From Sphyrna mokarran (lineage: Eukaryota), in NCBI GenBank assembly GCA_024679065.1, contig JAGIQG010000012.1, forward strand, positions 54,684,001 through 54,748,000: a stretch of DNA of 64,000 nt. Direction: 5' to 3'. Positions 38,020 through 50,421 of this stretch are shown one piece after another. Position 1 is the first letter of the stretch. Each line of letters begins with the position of its first letter. Position numbers and translations under genes: made by a program. The notes beneath the pieces were generated by a model that saw only the letters and a list, made by a program, of their open reading frames with translations, had not been told where the DNA came from and ran no database searches.

Positions 38020-38780
38020 AGGGTAGCTTAGTGATGGGATCTGTGTGTGGAGACACCAGGCATGAGTGCCTTTAGCCAGAGCAAGGGAAAGATTTGCATG
38101 GATGTTAGCTAACCGGAGGGCAAGGTCATACATGAGTACTGCTGTAGAGGGCTCAGATGAAGTATTTGATGGTGTAGCCAAGCTGATGGATATGCACAAT
38201 GAAATGCTTGGTGCCTTAGCAGGCCTGCAGAAAGTCAGTGGTTATTGTTGAGAAGAGCAGAGGAATCCTAATTTAACAAAGGGTTTTACACAAATCCAGT
38301 ACACTATCCTTTCCAGCATGTTAGTAGTGGCCAACACCACTCAGGCACTTTTGGATCCAAACATGAATCCCGACAGTGCATTTGGCTTGAGTCTGCACTT
38401 AATCTCTAACAGAATAACTTATCCAGGCCCTTTCACCCATCGTACTCTTGTAACCCCTCACATTCACCATAGCTAATCCATCGAAGCTGCACATCTTGAG
38501 ACACTAAGGGGCAATTTACCATGACCAATCCACCTAACCCACCCACGATGACCAATGTCTCAACTTCTGCACAAGCCATCCAAGTATGGGTGCCGCAATG
38601 GAAGCTCAGACTGCTGCCCTCATGAGTGCAGACCAGTATTAAAAAGGGGCTCCCTGGATTTAGTAGCAACTCAATAGTCTGTCCTCCAGCATATTGCTAG
38701 GATTGCTGATTTACCACCGGGAGGGACTGAAATTGGTGCTGTGGAGCACGAATCTATTGCCCTCCCTCAGAACGACAACA
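38020..38780 (+). pseudogene. Element A Myb/SANT-like gene, 3' continuation
   Basis: ORF 38066-38251 RRARSYMSTAVEGSDEVFDG..LMDMHNEMLGALAGL; interrupted by an HE1 fragment. Confidence 0.6.
38375..38545 (-). mobile_element. HE1 SINE 3' fragment
   Basis: ACACTAAGGGGCAATTTACCATGACCAATCCACCTAACC. Confidence 0.75.
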
Positions 38781-39620
38781 CCATGGGGAAGTTTGCTTTC
38801 TTGGCAAAGCTGCATGCTTGTTCCATCTGCTTCCCTCTGGAATTAAAGAATGCTATGCACTCCCTTCTCTTTCGCATGCAGAGTATTAGTGACCTCCTTT
38901 ATACAACAGTGGAGTCTGAGCTGAGAGACTTGGAGATTGTAACTTGCTCCAGCCTAAGGAGCCATGGCAACAGTTAGCTTTACAGCCATTAGCAATACCG
39001 TCCTTATCTTCCTCTGAAGCTGCAGATCTTCTTGCAGTAAGTGGCAAACAACAGGCATCTTCGTAGCAAAACAAAGATGTTACACACACTGTCCCTCACT
39101 GATGTTGAGAATAGGAAAATTCCATAGAAATCATAGAAACCCTATAGTACAGGAGGCGGCCATTCAGCCCATCGAGTCTGCATCAACCACAATCCCACCC
39201 AGGCCCTATCCCCACATCCCTACATATTTACCCACTAATCCCTCTAACTTACACATCTCAGGGCTCTAAAGACAATTTTTTTTTTTAGCCTGGCCAATCA
39301 ACCTAATCCATACATCTTTGGACTGTGGGAGGAAACTGGAGCACCCAGAGGAAACCCATGCAGACATGAGAAGAATGTGTAAACTCCACATAGACAATGA
39401 CCCAAGCCGGAAATTGAACCCAGATCCCTGGAGCTGTGAAGCAGCAGTGCTAACCACTGTGTTGCCCCTGAAAGTTCTGGATAGATATGGCCTCCTGTTG
39501 ATGGACTTCCTTCTCTCCCTCTTTGAGCAGCTTTTCCTCCAATGTGTTGCTTCTGTTCATACAAGCTGTGATGCAGCCCAAGGGGGAACAGAAAATACAG
39601 CAGCCTCATGGCTGGAAGCA
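38780..39620 (-). pseudogene. Element A HARBI1-like transposase, N-terminal half
   Basis: RRPYLSRTFR (about 39470-39500), NISEGQCV, CHLLQEDLQ, AVKLTVAM, LHCCIKEVTNTL and FAKKANFPMV; split by an HE1 copy. Confidence 0.85.
39123..39465 (-). mobile_element. HE1 SINE, full length
   Basis: CATAGAAATCATAGAAACCCTATAG tail through GCAGCAGTGCTAACCACTGTG head. Confidence 0.92.
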
Positions 39621-40642
39621 AGATGCATGAGCAATACTCATGAAGTCAGAACCAAGGCCTTCACCACGAGCCACATCACTCCCTGTAAATTTCACCAGCT
39701 TTTAAATAGCAACATAAACTTTCAAACACTTTGACTAACTCAGGAAGAGCCAGCAGAAATCAATAGCAACTAACAATAGCAACTGGTTGATGGCCCCTTT
39801 AAACTGGTGGGGAGTCATTCCGGCTGTTGGGCATACCGTCAGCCAAGATTAAAAGAGGACAGTAATTAAAGTCTTTAGGTTGAAAATAGTCCAACTGAAG
39901 TTAAATCAGCATTCTGTACTGATTGATTTCATGATCTGTTTACTTTGTTTAGTTCTGGGACACACATCCAGCATCCACATTAACAATTCATCCAGAATGG
40001 TATTTGGTGCAGCCCACAAAAATATGGCTACCATGCGGCCTAATTTTGTGAACCAATATTTGTGATAAATCCATTTTCAGCTGTTTTAATGTAATTGCAC
40101 CAGCTTTACCACTCAAATATATCAAGGAATACTTGCAATGCAATTAGAAAAATGACATTTTTAAACAAAACCCAATTGCTCAAGTTCATGATTTTACATT
40201 CGCCAGCAAGTGGAAACTTGAGAAAAAGCCTCAATTTGGAAAACTGGTGCAATTTTAATTACAATTTGTGCCCAGATTGTCAACAGTATCTGAAACAGAA
40301 ACGCTACCCTATTAACATTCGCACAAACTAAACTGCCAAAAGTGAAAAGCAAATCAAAAACAAACCTGTAAAAATGTGGAAGAATACAAAGTTTAAAAAT
40401 GAAGTAGTATCAAATATGCCTTGAGGAAAAGCACCAAGCCTCCACCTAAAACTTTCACCTATTAGTACGGAACCGACCTTGAAACTTAAGATACAGTGAT
40501 TCATTGTTAACGTGTTATAACACATTGCTCTATGCCACAAGAACACTAGTCAAATCTTTGGATAGTGTTCCATTGTATGTAGAACTGATGGCTTGGAATT
40601 TCCACAGAGCTAGTCCTGGTTCAGTATCATTTCACCAACACT

Positions 40643-40924
40643 GTGGCACAGTGGTTAGCACTGCTGCCTCACATTGTCAGGGATCCAATTCCCAACTTGG
40701 GTCATGGTCTGTGTGGAGTTGACTTGTTCTCCCCGTGTCTGCTTGGGTTTCCTCCAGTGCTCCATCCAGTTTCCTCCCACAGGCCAAACAACGTACAGGT
40801 TAGGTGCATTGGCCATGCTAATTTCTCTCTCAGTGTATCCGACCAGACGCTGGAGTGTGGCAGTTTGGGGGGTTTTCACAGTGACTTCATTGCGGTGCTA
40901 ATTATTTGTGACAGTAATAAACTT
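40643..40924 (+). mobile_element. V-SINE with HE1 head and an alternative 3' tail
   Basis: HE1 head and V-domain, then GGAGTGTGGC...TTTTCACAGTGACTTCATTGC...TGTGACAGTAATAAAC instead of the CR1 tail. Confidence 0.8.
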
Positions 40925-41139
40925 TTAAAAAAGAAACCCCATTATGAAAGATACTGAAAAGTTGTTGCTAAAAAAGCTGTTGTCAAAGGTTTCACCATTC
41001 ACAATTTTTGGTTATTGGTAGTTTGAAAAACCAATACTATATGCACAAGTCTCTCAAAATTAATACTCTAGAACCATGGTGTGAGCATAGAACAAACCAA
41101 TATGTAAAATTCCAGTTAATAACTGCAAGAACTAAACTG

Positions 41140-41452
41140 AGCGACAAGATGACACAGTGGTTAGCACTTCTGTCTCACAGCGCCAGGGACCCAGATTCAA
41201 TTCTCGACTTGGGTCATTGTCTTTGTAGAGTTTGCACAGTGTTCCTGTAAGTTCATGGGTTTCTCCCTGGTGCTCTGGCTTTCTCCCACAGTCCAAAGAT
41301 GTGGGGGTTAAGTTCATTGGTCATGCGAAATTGCCCCTTAGTATCAGGGAGATTAGCAGGGTAAATATGTGCAGTTAGGGAAATAAGATGGATTATTGCC
41401 AGTGCAAACTCTATGGGCTAAATGGCCTCCTTCTCCACAGTGGGGATTCAAT
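41140..41452 (+). mobile_element. HE1 SINE
   Basis: CACAGTGGTTAGCAC head, CTCCCACAGTCCAAAGATGTG core, ATGGCCTCCTTCT tail. Confidence 0.9.
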
Positions 41453-41905
41453 AATTTTAACTAATGAGATCCGAATCTCAGATTGCTCATTGGGAATCAC
41501 CATCAAGTAAAGACATGGTGCTTTTCCAGAAATAAGACAAAAAAAACAAGGAGAGGTCATGTTGCCTGAGCTGCTCTTATTTATCTGTGGTAGACCATGC
41601 CCTTCCATAGCCAGACACCATTCTGTAGGATGCAAGGTATATGATGCATTCTCAAACCTCCACTGCAGTTGAGACAGTTGTTAAGCTCGCAAAATGCAGC
41701 CTTGATCATCACTTTACCGTTTTCCCTGTCAGGATATACCTGATATTCACCGTTCTTGTTAGCCACACAAGTAGGAGTCAACAGCTCAGGGTTAAGGTTG
41801 GCACACAATCTAGTTCATGTCAGTACAGCATTATATGAGAATCAAGATGTTGCCATTAAGTATTTATACGGAAGATGACAATTTCCTAAACAGATGAATT
41901 TATAT

Positions 41906-42160
41906 TCATAGAGTCATAAAATCTTATAGTGCAGAAGGTGGTCATCTGGCCCATCAAGTCCGAACCAGCCACAATTCCTCCTTGGCCCTAGCCCCACAAC
42001 CCCATACATTTCCCCTAGTTAAATCCCCTGATACCAAGAGGCAATTTAGGATGGCCAATCCACCTAACCCACACATCTTTAGTCTGTGGGAGGAAACAGA
42101 GTACCTGAAGGAAACCCAAGCATGCACGGGCAGAACGTGCAAACTCCACACAGACAGTGC
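41906..42160 (-). mobile_element. HE1 SINE, 5'-truncated
   Basis: Antisense tail plus GCAAACTCCACACAGACAGT. Confidence 0.85.
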
Positions 42161-42751
42161 CGAGTACCCAATAAAGTCAAAAATACTTGTAACTAAAAGA
42201 GCAGAATGCATTTTAAAATAAAATCCCTAACCACATTTGGTGAAAATCTGGATGCCTGTTGTGAACTCTACATTCAGGAGAAGTGGATTGGATTTGTGAT
42301 AACATTGAGAAGGAGCACCTCCAGAGATAATACACAGAGTTTCTGTCTGAACACTAACCAAGTCTCATCAATTACAGTTTTTAAAACATCTGTTCCAGTT
42401 CAGCAACAAAAAACAGTTAGTCTAAAGGTACATCCATGCTGCCACTTTCACATTTAATTAAAGTTTTGGTTTCACAGCAAAATTAGATTAAGCAATATGT
42501 GGAGTTTGACCTCATTCGGGAAACCATTTCACACCAGTTTGAGCTTGTACACAATATGATACAACTCCAGGTAGTAAGATCAGATTTTCTTTGTGAACTG
42601 TGCAACCTGTTTCAAGGAATATTCCAAATCAAAAACAACAGATCTGTCACATCTTTCTGAGCCGTGTGCTTTTGAATCCCTTTTTAAACCAAACAGAATA
42701 GCCAAACCTATGAAGAATATGGCCAAGGCCAGTTCAGAATTTACCCTTCAC

Positions 42752-43056
42752 ATGGGCAGCATGGTGGCACAGTGATTAGCACTGCTGCCTCACAGCATCA
42801 GGAACCTGGGTTCAATGCCAGTCTCAGGTCACTGTCAATGCAGAGTTTGCACATTCTCCCTGTATTTGCATGGGTTTTCTCCAGGTGCTCCAGTTTCTTC
42901 CCACACTCCTAAGATGTTTGAGTTATGTTGACTGGCCGTGCTAAATTGCCTCCTTAATATCAGGGGGACTAGCTAGGATAAACATATGGGGATAGTGTCT
43001 GGGTGGGACTGTAGTCGGTGCAAACCTGATGGACCAAATAGTCCCCTGCACTATTG
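42752..43056 (+). mobile_element. HE1 SINE
   Basis: GGGCAGCATGGTGGCACAGTGATTAGCACTGCTGCCTCACAGC head and V-domain. Confidence 0.9.
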
Positions 43057-43132
43057 CATTAATATCAGAACTAGACATGGCAATTGCTTGTGTTTAAACT
43101 AGAGCTCTAATTTTCTTCCTTATCACCAATGC

Positions 43133-43690
43133 AAACAAGAACAATGGCTTACATTCATATAGCATCTTTAGACTAACTAAACATCTCATGATACATCACT
43201 GAATGTTATAAAGCAAAATTTGAGGCTGAGCCACATAAGCAAATGACCAAAATGTTAGGCATTGCAAACCTCTCTACTAGCCTCCTCAAATCCATGCCTG
43301 AACCATCAGTTTTCTGTAGTTTCTCTCCAATCCTCAATCTCTGAGCTCATCATGTACATGAGAGGCATAATCACTTATCCACTTGACCCCATTCACAATT
43401 AATTTCCATTTATGATTCATGATGTCTGATGTTGTAAGTAGGTCTCTCTACTTAGGCCTTTGTCTCTTCCAATTCATGGCTGCTGACATAACTTTTTCCT
43501 CAAAAACACACCCTAAAAAGCTCTATTCTTAAAAGTTCTCTTGTGCCTCCAACCGCCCTTTCCTCTCCAAAGCCCATACACATGTCGCTTCCCGGATTAG
43601 TGCCTGTCTCTGCTGAAATCCAGTTCCAATTTCTCTAAACAGCTTTCCCACCCTCACACCACAGTGAAGTGCTTACAATGACCTCAATTC
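43133..43690. mobile_element. L2-clade LINE fragments: 3' tail on - strand next to RT segment on + strand
   Basis: AACAATGGCTTACATTCATATAGCATCTTTA...GAGCCACATAAG (antisense L2 tail), then degenerate LDPI and SNRPFLSKA motifs. Confidence 0.55.
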
Positions 43691-45469
43691 ATTTGTACCC
43701 GATATATTCATCGAAATCTTTGTCACCTGCAGGTTTAGCGATTCTAATGTGTTCGTTGCTTGTCTCCCATTCCCGCCCTTTAAAAACTTCGGTTCATCAA
43801 ATTTCTTGCTGCCAATATTGCTTCACACACCAAGCCCCATTTATCAATCAATCATCTTTTTCTCTTCACTAACCTACAACAGTTTCTGATTATGCCGTGT
43901 CACCAGATTATTTGTCCAAAATAATTTCTTTAAATGTAGAAAAAAAACCCAGCAACAGCTACTTCCTAGAAGGGCTGTAAAATAAAACAATGTCAATTTG
44001 GGTAATGAAAGCAGATGGTGGAAAGAATTCTCTGTGTTTGACCTCTGTAAACCTCTCATGGTCAATAAATGAAATTGAACTGTACCTGGTTTGGGACAAA
44101 TTCATCACATAATATACATTTTGACCTAAAATGTTCTTATTAGGACAGGCAACCTGTGTGCCATCCCATCTAATTTTGAACACTGTCATGTACAGAGTGC
44201 TTTTTCTCTCTCTCTCTCTAAAGCAACAGACAAACTGTTCTATTTTTCAGCCCAAAATTCAAACGCAATTTTAATAGTCTCAATGAAGTAAACATAATAA
44301 CTTCCTAAAATTTTCGTTTTCAAGGATATGAAATAAACATATGCCTGAGCACATGCTGACCATAAAATATATCAACAGTAGCAGTTGAGTCTGTTGAAAA
44401 TAGCATTAAAACAATAGTAGATGGAGAGGAGGGAGTAAAATAGGATATCCAGTTTTTTTTATTTAAATTTTCCCTCCCCAGTGAAAAAAAATCTCAGAGC
44501 AAAAGCTCTGACTGAATGGAAAACCAGAAATAGAGCTAATCAATACTTTTGACTGTGAAAGCAATTGTGTTCTCAGGGGTAGTGCGCATTGTATTTCTAA
44601 GTGCCTATGTGATATGATCCTTGGCCACTGTGAATGGAATGGAAACAGAATGCCATCTGAGGGAGATGCAAGTGCTAATGTGGTGAGGTAATGTGGTAAA
44701 GAATAGAATCCAACAAGGAAAGCAATACTGCAGAGCTCAAAATAAGATACTAGGCCCTCTAAGATCTTAAAATATACATTTAGCTTACTACGTTCACCAA
44801 ATGAAGTCATATTTTGGCTAACCAGTTCCTCAAAAGGAGAAAAATAAAATCTTCTTATTAGAAGATAGGCCTTAACCTTTAATTACTGAACGACGATGAA
44901 GAATCACATTGTTACAAGGGCGAGAAGAACAAGCACTTTTGCAGGTTAAAACATGGCAATGTTTATCTATTTTAGACCTTTCAACTGTTCACTTTACGAT
45001 TTGTTTATTTAATTGGCCTGGAACTATTCCTAAACATATTCCTGGCACAAGTTTCATGGTTGCTCACTGAAATGTAGCATCATCATCATGCTGAAGTGCA
45101 TTATGGCCACATCACTCAAGCTCATAATGAGCACCTTAGGGATGGAAATGGCTATAATGCCCAAGCACAACAACATTTTCACTATTATCAACTTGATCAC
45201 TTTAATCTGTATAAGGGGAACATTTTTTTTGAACGTTTAGTGCTTGCCTATTCTCATTTGTTATTCTTGGAAGTATAATGCTGCAATTTTTGAACCCATC
45301 AGCACTGACTATGCCATTCCTTTATTTTGGAGCAGAGTCACTGGGCCTCAGCTATTCATGGGTCAGTGGGTATAGTTGAATACTGAAATGTTTGATGAGA
45401 TAATATGACAATTCCCATTAGTTAAGTGATTGTGCCTCAAAAGTTTAGTTAGGCAAGTCCAAATCTAGC

Positions 45470-45630
45470 TCCGACACTTTGAAAAGGCAACTGGATATAT
45501 ACTCCAAAAAGAAACATTTGGAAGGTGACTAGGAAAAGCAGGAGAATGAGACTAATTGGTAGCTCTTTCAAAGAGCTAGTACAGACATAGTGAGCCAAAT
45601 GGTCTCTTTTCTGTTATATAGTTCTACAAA
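45470..45630 (+). mobile_element. CR1 3' tail, old
   Basis: GCTCTTTCAAAGAGCTAGTACAGACATAGTGAGCCAAATGGTCTC. Confidence 0.65.
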
Positions 45631-46831
45631 ATACTAATACAGTGAGGGCCAAGGTAGAAAGTAGGCCAGGTCATGTATCTTTTCCATATTTTCAAATTCG
45701 ATGCCAGTAAACTGCAATAATGGTTTTCTGAATTCAAAATACTATCTCTTGTACTCCCAAATAGTGATTCAATAATTGAACATTAACATTTATATACAAT
45801 TATGAACTTGCATTATGGCAATGCAAGTGTAAATATTAGCTATAGGTCAAATTATACTATTAAACCAGTATGATGTATAGATCTCATCAGTTCCAGGCTA
45901 TACCGGCATTATTACCTTTTAGATGATGGAGTGAATAAAACACTTTAAACAATCTGGTCTCACACACAATGGCTTTGTTACATTAGCTGCAATCAATTTT
46001 CCTCTCCATATATATGTGGCACTTATATGTTTAAGGGGAAAATGTGTCTCATTTCACACAGTCATGCACACACAGTCTACATAATGATTTGGCACACCTT
46101 TCTAAAACCAATGGTCAAACTCATGCCAGTAGCTTGAGAAATTGCAAATACATATCATGAACGTGTTGGCTCCAACTGTTATACTGCAGTTATCACAGTT
46201 CTATACCATTGTGAAGGTTCCCACTGTTAACAACATGGAAGTTCTGCCTGTGACGGAAAAGCATGCTGAATTTGAATTTGGTAGTTCAGTATCGGCAATT
46301 TCATACCAACTTTACAACACTCCATGCATCACATTTGCCTACAATTTGTACTGCAGCAGGGGCATTTATCAGTTTTGTATCATTCATCAACTGTCAGCAC
46401 TCAAGTGGTGTAACATCAGTATTGACAATCTGATAACTCATGTTTCTATAGGAGAACAATGCTTATCAAACTTGTCCCATAAAATCAGTTCCTGAGTCTG
46501 CGAGGTCAGTAACACTTGGCAAGTGGTGCAAAATCTACGCTGGTAGGCTATTCTATCCCAATGGTTCAGCTTCTATTGCTGGCCAGTGCTGAAGAGCGGA
46601 TATTATGAGTGTGCAGAATCAGGGTCAGCAGTCATTTCATTCCTCCCCATACTCACAATACAGATTCATACATGAAAAATAGCCAATAATTACATAAGGC
46701 ACAGAGGTCGTGATAGAGCCCACACAGGAGACAACATCATCAGGAGAACAGAGGAAAAGAGAAAATTAACAATGGAAAGGGAGTAGAAAAGATAGGTTAG
46801 TATTTTTTTTGAATACCTTTGAAATGAAGAC

Positions 46832-47165
46832 CATAAAATCCCTACAGTGCAGAAGAAAGCCTTTTGGCCCAACAGGTCCATAACCAAACCTCTGACGCAG
46901 TGTCCTACCTAGGCTCACATCCCACCCTATTACCTTAGCCTCATGCATTTACCCACTAATCCCCTAACCTATACATCTTGGAACAGTATGGGACAAATGT
47001 AGTACTGTGAATCTACCTAATCTTTAGACTATGAGAAGAAACTGGAGCTTTTGGAGAAACCCACATAGTCACAGGGAGAACATGCAAACTCCGCACATTC
47101 AAGGTTGGAATCAAATCTGGGTCCCTGGCACTGTGAAGCAGCAGTGTTAGTCACTGTGCCACCCT
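46832..47165 (-). mobile_element. HE1 SINE
   Basis: CATAAAATCCCTACAGTGCAGAAG tail to GCAGCAGTGTTAGTCACTGTGCCACC head. Confidence 0.88.
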
Positions 47166-50073
47166 GCATCTGGATGATAACTTAAAAGGATTATATGTCT
47201 TTCTTACCGACAAAATGAGTTCCTTTTTATGTACAACTGAATTAAATTTTATTTTCTGGACTCTGGACAATATGTATGACTAAATGACACCGGTCTAAAA
47301 TGTATTTTTAGCAAGCAAAATATATAAATACAGTACAGTCCACAAACATACTTCTTCGGTTTTTAATAGATCCCTATAAGTAACTTTTAAATGCAATATT
47401 CTTTGAAACCGAGTGTTAAAATTCTCTTATGGCTATGCAGAATTCTTTTACATAGTCAGATTGCCATATCTAGTCCATATAAATTCACACATGCTCAGAG
47501 ATCTTGAAACTAGTCAACCAGTCAAAAAGGAACTGACGTTAATTAGTTATGAAGTGAGGAATGAACAGGCATTAGTACTGAGACTAATCAATGGGAAAAT
47601 CAGTCCAAGCAGGCAGGCTAATGAACTGCTATGCATCTGTTTATTTTTAGATGGTTCGAGCACTTTTTACATTAAAAATAAATACAATACCATTTACTTA
47701 CTGCTAACCATTCTAGTATTGGATTTGTTTCAGGACTTCCAGTGGAAGGAAAACAAGTCGCATTTATTTTCGAATGGTACACTGCAACGCAGCATTTCTA
47801 AATCACGACCGGTTTTGCAGAAATTTGAATATCAAATTAAACCCAGAGTATGGACAGGCTTCCCAGACCACAAACAGCTATGTGTGTCTGCCAAGAATAT
47901 AGGCTCCAATAGCCAGCTTCTCACTGAAGCTCTTAGAGATGCCTGATACAAAAAATATTTTATGCAATACACAGTAGCCCCAGTTTACTCAAGGTCCAGC
48001 AGAACTCGGAGTTATATTTATTTACTCCTCCACACAAGCTACTACTGCTAACTGAAAAGAGTGCCTTCATTCGGAATGTGCTGAAAAATAAGTTCCAGGT
48101 GTTCAGAGCCTAAACTGCATAAGTACCTTACGCTGTCAAAGCCATGTGAAGAAACATAAGCAAAATGGTTTAAACAGGACTGTCAAACTAAGAAATTTCT
48201 CTCAATGAATAATGATGCTTCTTGGAGGAAACAAAAGGCTAGATTTAACCATCAGATTGGCAAACAGTTTATTTTTTTCTCTGTGCAAAGTGCAACGGAC
48301 ATATTTTCCATGATAGAAATGCAATTATCACAGCTGAGGTTAAAAGAAATAAAAAAGCTCATATGCAAGAAAGTCAAAACTGATATTTATTTCTTTGGAA
48401 ATATCCCTCGAATTCACTGAAGTAAAACATGCTTATTTTGTCCTGTTTATTTGCTCATTATAGAAATACCACTTTGGGACTCTGAAGGCCAATCCTGCCA
48501 ATTTTTCCAAGTCCTACATTTTCATGGTTGCTTAGAGCTGTTAAATGTGAAAGCATTTGCAATAAGAAATTTCATGGCCCTAAATTACACTAAGTTATGA
48601 GCAAATCAAAATAAAAAGATTTACAGTAATCAACCATACAATTTGGTTCTTAACAGAGCTCAGTGTATACCTCAATAGCTCCCAGGTCCTCTTACTGTTT
48701 TTTAAATAAACAAATAGCTGCCTTAAGCTACCTTGTCTTACATACACTATATTTTCTCATATATTCACTGTAATTCTTATTTTTACAAAAGTGGTTATAG
48801 CTGTATTTCATTAAAAATTACGGATCTGATTTTTCTCTTTGTATTTCATTGTCCCCAACTCAAAAGCTTATCTTCTTCTCCAGCAGACCTGAAAAAAATA
48901 ACTTTAAACAGTTCTCCGACAGCAATGTGCATTAAAAGCTGTCAAGAGAGTGTTGCTGAGCCCACCCTGAAGTACCTATCAACTAATTTACTCTTGACTT
49001 GTGCGTGACAAATATTGGAAGATAAATGAAAAGTAGACCATGTGGTTTTACGTTACAAAATATAAAACACAAGACCTTTTTGGAGGGAGGGAGCAATTTT
49101 AAACGAACCCATGAAACAAGAGCGTGGTTAAATAAATGTCCCAATAACAAAAGGTCCCACCACATCTTACGCTCAAGTATTTGAGGAAAGAAAGAATCCC
49201 ACCTTATTACTTTACAAAATAATGACAGATATCATCGGCTGATGACTGTCAACTGATTGGAATCATTATTGTCAATGTGCTTACAAGGCTGGGATCAGAG
49301 TACTTTCCCTGGTTCACCCGTCTCCTTATATCTCTCTTCCTCATTTCTTTCAGATAGGCAGCAGACATAGTGAGAATTCAGCACAGATTGATCCAAAATA
49401 GTAATCTATGGTATTATCCTAATAAATTTATGGGATTAAAGGGAAGTCGCTTAAGCTTAGATAATGCCGGAAGTGCCTAAGAACATACCTTGGGCAAAAG
49501 ATGGCAGATGGGGGCAGAGTTCTTGGAAGAAGATGGGAAAAGAGGCTGAAGCTCCTTTGGAACAATTTTAATATCCTTCCTCGGAAACATAGGTCTAGAT
49601 TTTCATCTACACGTGTTAGAAAAATCCCCGGCTTGACCTATCCACCTCAGGAGAAAGTGCTCAGTAAGTTGGGATTTTCATTGTGGGAAGCCAATTACGT
49701 GTGGCAGTCAGGACAGGCTATCTGGGAAAAAGTTCACGGGCAGTCACAGGGACTGCCGTGTGCATACGTAGACTGTTGAAGAGGCCCCTCTTGTTTCTGT
49801 GCAACCAGGTCCCAGTTACTATTAAAAGAAAAAGGCCCTCTAGTTTTCAACTTCACACACACAACATGACACTTCGTGTCCCTCACCCCACCCACTACTG
49901 TGTCCCTCTCCCCCTTGCCTCCTATGCTGAGGTATGCCCCATACTGGAGCTCAGGTGTTTCAAGAGGCTAATGGATTTTTGAGCTCTCAGCCAAGCCTTA
50001 TTATGTATTTTTAATTGAGAACCCCAACCTCTAAATGTATACCAAAACATTTGAATTCAGAGAAAACATTGCT

Positions 50074-50083
50074 TGATTGACAG
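50074..50083 (+). promoter_or_regulatory. PBX-PREP/MEIS decamer motif
   Basis: Exact TGATTGACAG in non-repetitive sequence. Confidence 0.3.
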
Positions 50084-50421
50084 CTCTGGTTTCTTATGTT
50101 GCCCAATTTTACAACTTTTATTTATGCAAGATAAAAATGGTTTCAATTTTTTGCAGTTTCATCTATCAAAACTTTAAAGAATCTTGATGATATCAGGCTA
50201 TGGAAAAAATAAATTTTTTAAGAGAATGAAAAGATACTAACGAATGGCTGTTTTTTAAAAACTTTTTTTGCACAGGCTAATGTCACTATAGGACTCACTG
50301 GCTCAATACGGGACATTATTTGTTAATGACGACGGAAGTGAATTGGCTTGCCATAACACTTCTTTAATACAATATATGGAATTAAACACACTGTATTTTA
50401 ATTATCTCAAAATAAATAGGG

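Larger units (their letters stand above)
32315..40054. mobile_element. Two-gene PIF/Harbinger transposon (element A), internally deleted and interrupted by nested insertions
   Basis: Myb/SANT gene on the + strand and HARBI1-like transposase on the - strand, convergent. Ends are approximate. Confidence 0.75.

Noticed and set aside
46490-46700. Possible old AmnSINE2-like fragment
   Set aside because: Similarity to a recalled consensus is too weak to call without an alignment.
47413-47946. Longest ORF in the track (177 aa)
   Set aside because: GTG start, AT-rich, no recognisable domain or exon structure; consistent with a chance ORF.
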